Part shown: in pieces, positions 55,580-64,000 of the stretch | Numbering within the stretch: the first letter of the stretch is position 1 | Layout: every line of letters starts with the position of its first letter | Assembly: GCA_021798955.1 (NCBI GenBank) | Contig: JAJZBK010000002.1 | Location: 15,650 to 79,649 of the forward strand | Direction: 5' to 3' | Source of the DNA: Actinomycetes bacterium | GTDB lineage: Bacteria; Actinomycetota; Acidimicrobiia; Acidimicrobiales; RAAP-2 | DNA length: 64,000 nucleotides | Position numbers and translations under genes: made by a program | The notes under the pieces: model-generated | The model's database searches: none | Told to the model about the DNA's origin: nothing | The model's input: the letters and a program-made list of their open reading frames with translations, nothing else

Positions 55580-56385
55580 GCGTCGCCACCCTCGCGCCAC
55601 GGGTCCACCCGGCCAGGCGTGTCGCCCGCGCCCTCGGCGACACCGCGACCATCACCCGCCGCAACCTCCTCCACTACACGCGGGTGCCGATCAACTTGTT
55701 CTTCTCACTGGTCCAGCCGGTGATGTTCGTCCTGCTCTTCCGGTACGTCTTCGGCGGCGCGATCCACCCTCCGTCCAAGGTCCCCTACGTGGACTTCCTG
55801 CTGCCAGGCGTGTTCGTCCAGACGGTGGCCTTCGGCGCCGTCTCCACCAGCATCGGCCTGGCCGAGGACTTGCAGCAGGGCCTCGTCGAGCGCTTCCGGG
55901 CCCTGCCCATGGCGCGGGCGGCCGTGCTGGCCGGGCGCACCTCGGCCGACTTGTGCCGCAACGTGGTCGTCGTCGTCATCATGACCGGCGTCGGTTTCGC
56001 CGTCGGCTTCCGTCCCTCGGGGAGCGCCACTGCCTTTCTTGCCGCCGTCGGCCTCATTCTCCTGTTCGCCTATGCGCTGTCCTGGGGGTTCGCCTTCATC
56101 GGCCTGTCGGCACCGAACAGCGAGACCGCCCAGGTCATGTCCTTCCCGCTGCTGTTCCCGCTGACCTTCGCCTCCTCCTCGTTCGTCCCCGTCCAGTTCA
56201 TGCCCGGCTGGCTCCGGGGGTTCGCCACCTACCAACCGGTGAGCGTCACGGCCACCGCATGCCGCGACCTGATGATCGGCGGGCCGGTGGCCACCTGGGT
56301 CGTCCAGTCGGTCCTGTGGACCACCGGCTTCCTCGTGGTGATGATCCCGCTCGCTGTCTGGCGGTACCGGAGCTCGTCGCGTTGA
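55576..56385 (+). CDS. ABC-2 type transporter permease (DrrB-like)
   Basis: The GTG at 55576 overlaps the ATPase stop (GTGA). 269 aa with six hydrophobic segments. Confidence 0.85.
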   Translation: MSVATLAPRVHPARRVARALGDTATITRRNLLHYTRVPINLFFSLVQPVMFVLLFRYVFGGAIHPPSKVPYVDFLLPGVFVQTVAFGAVSTSIGLAEDLQQGLVERFRALPMARAAVLAGRTSADLCRNVVVVVIMTGVGFAVGFRPSGSATAFLAAVGLILLFAYALSWGFAFIGLSAPNSETAQVMSFPLLFPLTFASSSFVPVQFMPGWLRGFATYQPVSVTATACRDLMIGGPVATWVVQSVLWTTGFLVVMIPLAVWRYRSSSR

Positions 56386-56478
56386 CCCACGCGAACTGCC
56401 CTGGCCCGGTGAGCCTCACACCCACAGCGCTGTCGTCGGTCCGCCCGCCGGCCGGGCAACCCGGGCAGGACGGCGCTC

Positions 56479-58209
56479 CTAACCCACCTGCTCGGCTCCA
56501 CCCACGGGCCCCCGCCGCAGTCGCTCGGGCAAGTGCATGGTCACGAGCAGGTCGGTCAGGTTGGCTGGCACGGCTCCGGGGGTGAGGAGCGAACCGACCA
56601 CCATGGCCGCGAAGGCGACGGGGACCGTCCAGATGGCAGGCTCGCCCAGCAAGAGCGCCGACCACCCCGTGCCACCGAAGCCGGCCATCGAGGCCACCAC
56701 GGCGAGCGAGGACGTCCCCCCGCCGAGCGCCAGTCCCCACATCGCCCCCACCCGGGTTAGCCGCGGCCACCAGATGCCCAGCAGCAAGAGCGGACAGAAC
56801 GACGAGGCGGCCACGGCGAACGCCCAGCCCACCAGCACGTTGATGGGGACCGACGCCACCAGCAGCCCGGCCCCGGTGACGAGCATGCCGAGCACCAGAG
56901 CCGACAGGCGGAACGCACGTACCCCCCAACCCATGATGTCGTGGGACAGCGCGCCAGCCATGGCGATGAGCAGACCCGAGGACGTGGAGAGGAAGGCCGC
57001 GAACGCCCCCGCAGCCACCAGCGCGGCCAGGACCTCGCCGCCGAGGCCCGCCACCATGATCCGAGGCAGCACCAGCACCACCGAGTCGGTCTGCCCGGTC
57101 AGGTAGAGGGCAGGTGCCTCCATGCGGCCCAGCACGGCGAAGACTGCCGGGAACAAGTAGAAGGTCGACACCAGCAGTAGGACGAAGGCCGTGGTCCGGC
57201 GAGCCGCCTGGCCGTCCCGGTTCGTGTAGAACCGGACGAGGATGTGCGGGAGGCCCATGGCGCCGAAGACGGTGGCCAGCAGCACGCCGTAGGTGGCGGC
57301 CAGCGGATGTCCGTGGCGTCCGTCCAGGTGGAGGAGGGGCGAGGACCACGAGCTGCCGGTGACCGGCGACACTGTCGGTGCCGGAGCACCGGCCGGGAAC
57401 CGGAGGGACGTCCCGGCCGCCACGACCTGCGTGCCCGGACGGAGCGTGAGGGCGCCATGCACCCGGGTGCCGTCGACGGTGCCGGCGGCGCGCACGGTGA
57501 CGGGCCGGGAGACGTCCATGCGGGTGGTGCCGGGGAACCGCACCAAGGTCGCACGGGTGAAGGTGGTCGGTGCCGGACCGTCGACGGTGCCGAAGGACGG
57601 GTGCGACACGGCGAGCACGAGGACGACGGCAGGCACGGCGATCGCCGTCACCTTGATCCAGTAGAGGAACGCCTGGACGACGGTGATCCCCTTCATCCCT
57701 CCGCTGGCGATCCCGGTGGTGACCACGACGCCGAGGACGACGACGCCGACCCAGTAGGGACCGCCCAGGGTGGCCTGCAGGGTGATGCCCGCCCCGTTGA
57801 ACTGCGGGATCAGGTAGAAGCCGCAGATAACCAGCACCATCACCGTCGCCCACCGGCGGAGGCGGGGCGACCCGAGCCGTCCCTCGGCGAAATCGGGGAT
57901 GGTGTAGGCGCCGAAGCGACGCAGAGGGGCAGCCACGGTGGCCAGCAGCACCAGGTAGCCGGTCGCGTAGCCGACCGCGTACCAGAGGGCGCCCAGCCCC
58001 TCCAACATGGCCAAGCCAGCGATGCCGAGGAACGATGCCGCCGACAGGTACTCGCCGGAGATGGCCGATGCGTTGAGCAACGGCGGGACCTGGCGTGCCG
58101 CCACCATGAAGTCGGCCGGGGTCCGGGCGACCCGCATGCCCCGCATGCCGATGACAGCGGTCGTCACCGTGATGACCACGACGGCACCGACCGACAGGGG
58201 AGCAGCCAC
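56479..58209 (-). CDS. actP: Cation/acetate symporter (SSS family, ActP-like)
   Basis: The in-frame GTG at 58209 lies 1 nt after the DUF485 stop, giving 576 aa. SSS motifs are present (SAISGEYLSAASFLGIAG). Confidence 0.85.
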   Translation of the reverse strand: MAAPLSVGAVVVITVTTAVIGMRGMRVARTPADFMVAARQVPPLLNASAISGEYLSAASFLGIAGLAMLEGLGALWYAVGYATGYLVLLATVAAPLRRFGAYTIPDFAEGRLGSPRLRRWATVMVLVICGFYLIPQFNGAGITLQATLGGPYWVGVVVLGVVVTTGIASGGMKGITVVQAFLYWIKVTAIAVPAVVLVLAVSHPSFGTVDGPAPTTFTRATLVRFPGTTRMDVSRPVTVRAAGTVDGTRVHGALTLRPGTQVVAAGTSLRFPAGAPAPTVSPVTGSSWSSPLLHLDGRHGHPLAATYGVLLATVFGAMGLPHILVRFYTNRDGQAARRTTAFVLLLVSTFYLFPAVFAVLGRMEAPALYLTGQTDSVVLVLPRIMVAGLGGEVLAALVAAGAFAAFLSTSSGLLIAMAGALSHDIMGWGVRAFRLSALVLGMLVTGAGLLVASVPINVLVGWAFAVAASSFCPLLLLGIWWPRLTRVGAMWGLALGGGTSSLAVVASMAGFGGTGWSALLLGEPAIWTVPVAFAAMVVGSLLTPGAVPANLTDLLVTMHLPERLRRGPVGGAEQVG

Positions 58210-58210
58210 G

Positions 58211-58630
58211 TCAGCGGTCGTCCAGCAGCTCGCCAAACCGGCGTTCCAACTGCTCGGCCCGCCGTACGTACCAGAAGCCGAGCGCCACGAGCGGCGGGTA
58301 GATCCCTCCCCCCAGCACCACGAGCGTGAGCGGGACCCCGATGACCTGGTCGCGACCAAGACCTGGGACCAACACGGCCAACAGGGGGTAGAGGGCGAGG
58401 AGGAGGACTGCCGGGCCGAGCACGCTCACCGTCGCCCCCAACTGCGCTCGTATCAACGAACCGAGGAGGGCACGGCCGTACTCGTCGCGACGCAGGAGGT
58501 CATCGCCTCCCGGGACGCCGGTGCGGTCGATCGTCCCTCGGGTCGGGGCCCGCACCGCCTGGCGCACGGGCGCCCCGTCCGGTCGAGGGGTGACGCCCGC
58601 CGGGACGGGTGGGACCGGTGGAGCGGTCAC
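58211..58630 (-). CDS. DUF485 (YjcH-like) membrane protein
   Basis: 139 aa with two TM segments, immediately upstream of actP as in yjcH-actP operons. Confidence 0.75.
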   Translation of the reverse strand: MTAPPVPPVPAGVTPRPDGAPVRQAVRAPTRGTIDRTGVPGGDDLLRRDEYGRALLGSLIRAQLGATVSVLGPAVLLLALYPLLAVLVPGLGRDQVIGVPLTLVVLGGGIYPPLVALGFWYVRRAEQLERRFGELLDDR

Positions 58631-59409
58631 CGCCGACGTCCCACGGCGCCGCCCAACAGCCGATGTCGGAGCTCGGCGGCGTGCCGTCGGCTCACCGGCA
58701 GGACCGTGTCGCCAACCTTCACTGACGTGCGGGTGCCCTCAGTGCGGACCTCCCGCACCTCGCCCAGGTCGACCAGGTAGCCCCGGTGGACCCGGACGAA
58801 CCCGTGAGGCACCCACTGCTCCTCGAGAGCGACCATGGGGATCCGCACCAGGTAGTTCGACCCGTCCTTGGTGTGGATCCGCACGTAGTCGCCCGAAGCC
58901 TCGGCCCACGCCACCTCGTCCCGCCGGATCATCCGGGTCGCGCTCCCGACGTCGGCAGCGATCACGTCGAGGCGACCCCCGTTGTCGTCGACGGCGGGCC
59001 ACCGCGCCGGAGGAGCAGCGCGGTCGAGCACGCTGGCCAGCCGGTCGGCGGTGACGGGCTTCAGCAGGTAGTCGACGGCCCCCACGCCGAACGCGTCGAC
59101 GGCGTGCTCCTCGTGGGCGGTCACGAAGGCGATCGCCGGCGGCGTGGCGAACCTGGTCAGGATCGTCGCCAGCTCGAGCCCGTCGAGCCCGGGCATGCGG
59201 ACGTCGAGGAGGACCAGGTCGAACGGGCGATCCCGGAGGAGCCGGAGCGCCTCGGTGGCGTTGGAGGCGGCCTGCGCCGTCTCCACCCGGGGGTCGGTCC
59301 GCAGCAAGTAGACCAGCTCGTCGAGCGAGGGGCCCTCGTCGTCCACGGCCAGGACAGCGAGCCCGCCGACCGGCTCGCTACTGCCGCTCCCGCCACCGGT
59401 AGCGATCAC
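58627..59409 (-). CDS. LytR/AlgR-family response regulator (REC + LytTR)
   Basis: The REC domain (LAVDDE...DLVLLDVRMPGLDG) is followed by a C-terminal LytTR DNA-binding domain. GTGA overlaps at both ends. Confidence 0.85.
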   Translation of the reverse strand: MIATGGGSGSSEPVGGLAVLAVDDEGPSLDELVYLLRTDPRVETAQAASNATEALRLLRDRPFDLVLLDVRMPGLDGLELATILTRFATPPAIAFVTAHEEHAVDAFGVGAVDYLLKPVTADRLASVLDRAAPPARWPAVDDNGGRLDVIAADVGSATRMIRRDEVAWAEASGDYVRIHTKDGSNYLVRIPMVALEEQWVPHGFVRVHRGYLVDLGEVREVRTEGTRTSVKVGDTVLPVSRRHAAELRHRLLGGAVGRRR

Positions 59410-60587
59410 GACGCTGGCACCGCCACCTGGTACTTCGGGATGCGGACGGTGACCTTGGTCCCCGCGTCGATCCCCGTCTCGACCACCAGGCCGAACTGCT
59501 CGCCGAACACCGTGCGCAGGCGTTCGTCCACGTTGTGGAGGCCGACGGCGTCACCGTCCTCCCGTCCGGAGAGCACCCGTCGCACCCGTTCCGGGTCGGC
59601 ACCGGCACCGTCGTCCTCGACCGTGATCACCGCGTCGCTGCCGGCGTCGTGGGCGGCGATCGACAGATGGCCCGCCCGACCGCTCGGCTCCAGCCCATGC
59701 CGGACCGCGTTCTCGACCAGGGGCTGGAGGATGAGCGACGGGACCCGGACCGAGAGGACCTCGGGTGCCACGCGCAGGGTGACGGCCAGACGCTCACCAA
59801 AGCGGGCGCGCTCCAGCTCGAGGTAGGTGTCCACCAGCCGGAGCTCCTCGGCCACGGTGACGAACTGGTCGCGTCCTCGAAAGCTGTAGCGGGTGAAGTC
59901 GGCGAACTGCACGAGCAGCTCACGGGCCCGGTCGGGATCGGTGCGCACGAAGGACTCGATGGCGGTGATGGCGTTGTAGATGAAGTGCGGTGAGATCTGC
60001 GCCCGCAGGAAGCGAAGCTCGGCCTGGGCGGCGCGTCGGCGGGAGCGGTCGAGCTCGGCCAGTTCGAGCTGGGTGGCGATGAACTGCGCCACCTCGCTGG
60101 CCAGGCGGAGCAGGCCGGCCGGGGCTGACGGTCCGGCCGCCACCAACGCACCCACCACCGTGCCGTCGACGGCCAAGGGCGCCACGACAGCGGCCTGCAG
60201 CGCACAGGTGGCGCCCCGGGCACAGACCAGGTCGGCGGCCGCCAGCACCTGAGGCTCGCCGGTGGTCACCACCCTCGCGATCGGGCCCTCGAGCAGCGCC
60301 TGGTGGACCTCGTCGACGCCGGCGACGGCGATGACACCCGCCACGTCGGCCAAGACGACACCCGGTGTCCCGAGCAGGGACTGTAGATGGGTCGTCACCT
60401 TCCCCGAGCCTGCACCGTGGAGCCCGCTGCGCAACGACGGGGCGAGGAGGTTGGCAGTCCGCAAGGTGGCGTACCCAGCCCGCTGGGCAGGCGTTCCCAG
60501 CCGGCGCTCGCCGCGGACGACAAAGCCCAGGACGACGCCCAGCAGCACCACCACGGCGGCGACGGCAAGCCACAGCAGCTCTGTCAC
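59406..60587 (-). CDS. LytS/YehU-type sensor histidine kinase (1 TM + GAF-like + His_kinase/HATPase)
   Basis: The FLRAQISPHFIYNAITAIE H-box is typical of the LytS family. Start chosen at the GTG at 60587 (AAGGAG upstream); the ORF maximum is 60704. Confidence 0.8.
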   Translation of the reverse strand: MTELLWLAVAAVVVLLGVVLGFVVRGERRLGTPAQRAGYATLRTANLLAPSLRSGLHGAGSGKVTTHLQSLLGTPGVVLADVAGVIAVAGVDEVHQALLEGPIARVVTTGEPQVLAAADLVCARGATCALQAAVVAPLAVDGTVVGALVAAGPSAPAGLLRLASEVAQFIATQLELAELDRSRRRAAQAELRFLRAQISPHFIYNAITAIESFVRTDPDRARELLVQFADFTRYSFRGRDQFVTVAEELRLVDTYLELERARFGERLAVTLRVAPEVLSVRVPSLILQPLVENAVRHGLEPSGRAGHLSIAAHDAGSDAVITVEDDGAGADPERVRRVLSGREDGDAVGLHNVDERLRTVFGEQFGLVVETGIDAGTKVTVRIPKYQVAVPAS

Positions 60588-60594
60588 GATCTCC

Positions 60595-60624
60595 TTACCA
60601 CTGGCACCGTTACCACTGGCACCG
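60595..60624. repeat. 15-bp perfect tandem duplication (ttaccactggcaccg x2)
   Basis: Directly upstream of, and overlapping, the kinase SD sequence. Confidence 0.8.
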
Positions 60625-60936
60625 TTCCGGTGCGGGCGACGACCGCCCACAGCGGCGAGGCGCCCCCCCGTCAGGCGAGCTCGACGTGCTGGCCAGCATG
60701 CCACAGCGGCCTCCGCAGCACTCGACCATCGCTTGGTCCTGCTCCCGGGCGCTTCCGGGCTCCCGTCGAGCCGGTGCCCTGCCTCCCCTCGCCGGTCGCC
60801 CGTTCGTCGAGCCCTACCGACCGCTCGTCGTGCGCCCCCAGCCGCTCGAAGACTTACCGGTCAGTGTCCTTGCCAGTGAGCGCTGCCCTCTGCACCATCG
60901 CGAGAGAAACGCTGTACACCCAGGGGAGGGAACTTC

Positions 60937-61545
60937 ATGAGCAACGACTCGCCGTCGGTCCACGACACGCCGCCACCCGCGCACCGGGTAGCCGACCCGG
61001 GACCGCTCGGGCTGGCTGCCTTCGCCATGACCACCTTCGCGTTGAGCGTCTCGAACGCCGACATCTGGGGTCCGGCCGTGAGCACCGCCCTCGCGCTCGC
61101 GCTCGTCTACGGGGGCGTCGTCCAGATCTTCGCCGGCATGTGGGAGTTCGCCCGGCGCAACACGTTCGGCGCTCTCGCCTTCACCTCGTACGGAGCCTTC
61201 TGGGTCTCGTTCTACGTGCTGATCAAGTTCATCATGCCGGGGGTAGCCAAGGCGGACGCGGCGACCGTGGTCGGCGTCTTCCTGCTCGGGTGGACCATCT
61301 TCACCGCCTACATGCTCATCTCGACGTTCCGGTTGTCAGTCGTCCTCGTGGTGACGTTCGTGCTGCTGACCGTGACCTTCGTGCTGCTCACCATCGGCAA
61401 CTTCCAGTCCTCGGTGGGGCTGGTGAAGACCGGTGGCTGGTTTGGTGTGGCCACCGCTGCCGCAGCGTGGTACGCCTCGTTTGCTGGAGTGACGAACGAG
61501 ACGTTCGGCAAGGCCGTGCTGCCTACCGGCCCGCTCGGCCGTTGA
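60937..61545 (+). CDS. satP: Acetate/succinate channel (GPR1/FUN34/YaaH family, SatP-like)
   Basis: 202 aa with the NPGPLGLAAFAMTTF signature and six TM segments. Confidence 0.85.
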   Translation: MSNDSPSVHDTPPPAHRVADPGPLGLAAFAMTTFALSVSNADIWGPAVSTALALALVYGGVVQIFAGMWEFARRNTFGALAFTSYGAFWVSFYVLIKFIMPGVAKADAATVVGVFLLGWTIFTAYMLISTFRLSVVLVVTFVLLTVTFVLLTIGNFQSSVGLVKTGGWFGVATAAAAWYASFAGVTNETFGKAVLPTGPLGR

Positions 61546-61624
61546 TCCCGCCCGCCACCGGCCGACCACACCGCTGCTCGATCGAATCACATCCCAGGGC
61601 GACCCTGGGGGAAGGACGACCACG

Positions 61625-63616
<1,992 letters not shown>

Positions 63617-63777
63617 CGAGGCGAGCTTCAGAGGCGCCACGGACCGGCCCGCCGCCGAGTGGGTCGGTCCGTGGCCACCTGGGTCCCGTTGCCCGCTGGC
63701 TTGCCGCCCGGCTTGCCCGCGAACTGCGTGCGGCGTCGAGGCCCGCGTGCCGATCTGGAACCTCGAGGGCCCAGCTG

Positions 63778-64000
63778 TCAGCCGGCCTCGGGGCCGCGCC
63801 AGATCGGCCAGGTGCACTGCCACTCGGGGATGGCGGGCCGACCCTGGCGGACGAAGTAGTCGCTCAGTGACTGCTGCTGCTCGCGGTACCAGCCCACCTG
63901 GAGGTCGTGCAGTTCCGCCGGCCGACAGGCAGCCACGTCCTCCTTGGCGGCAGCGATGGCGAGCACGCAGCGGACAGCCGCGTACACGTCGCTGGTGGCG
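63778..64000 (-). CDS. 3' part of an unidentified gene running off the window
   Basis: The open minus-strand frame ends at 63778 and may extend beyond 64000. No motif was recognised. Confidence 0.25.
   Translation of the reverse strand, partial: ATSDVYAAVRCVLAIAAAKEDVAACRPAELHDLQVGWYREQQQSLSDYFVRQGRPAIPEWQCTWPIWRGPEAG

Overview
High-GC (about 70%) actinobacterial chromosome segment; gene order suggests Actinomycetota, possibly Acidimicrobiia. Most of it is conserved core, largely on the minus strand. One block is argS-lysA-hom-thrC / rho-rpmE-prfA-prmC-tsaC, the classic actinobacterial arrangement but without thrB. Another is leuB-ilvE-cimA. There are also two acyl-CoA dehydrogenases, ogt, alkB, bcp, a DrrAB-like ABC exporter, a PAS-GGDEF protein, and an acetate module (LytS-like kinase, LytTR regulator, DUF485, ActP, divergent from SatP-Acs). 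Three accessory or unusual regions stand out. (1) 32.0-49.9 kb lies next to tRNA-Arg(CCG) and carries hicBA, IS630 and IS21 transposase remnants, and a tightly translationally coupled operon. The operon encodes a type-II DMSO-reductase-family (ethylbenzene-dehydrogenase-like) molybdoenzyme in alpha-gamma-beta-delta order with no Tat or Sec signals. It also has two extra orphan alpha paralogues, a SagB-like nitroreductase-fold protein, two paralogous 4-TM proteins and a degenerate adenylate-forming-enzyme-like protein. This is my best candidate for an undescribed system. (2) A 4.22 kb insertion is bounded by 53-bp direct repeats that duplicate the 3' end of an acyl-CoA dehydrogenase gene. It carries an AbiEi/AbiEii pair and a 660-aa orphan protein. 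(3) An Rrf2-controlled operon encodes a NapH-like membrane polyferredoxin, a ferredoxin-GltD-flavodoxin fusion, an acyl-CoA dehydrogenase and a flavodoxin-like protein. The window also has many short perfect tandem duplications, including in-frame expansions inside rho. No rRNA or CRISPR array was seen. Start codons were refined by hand from the ORF track using frame, Shine-Dalgarno (SD) sequences and stop/start overlaps. Coordinates of non-coding features may be off by 1-2 nt.
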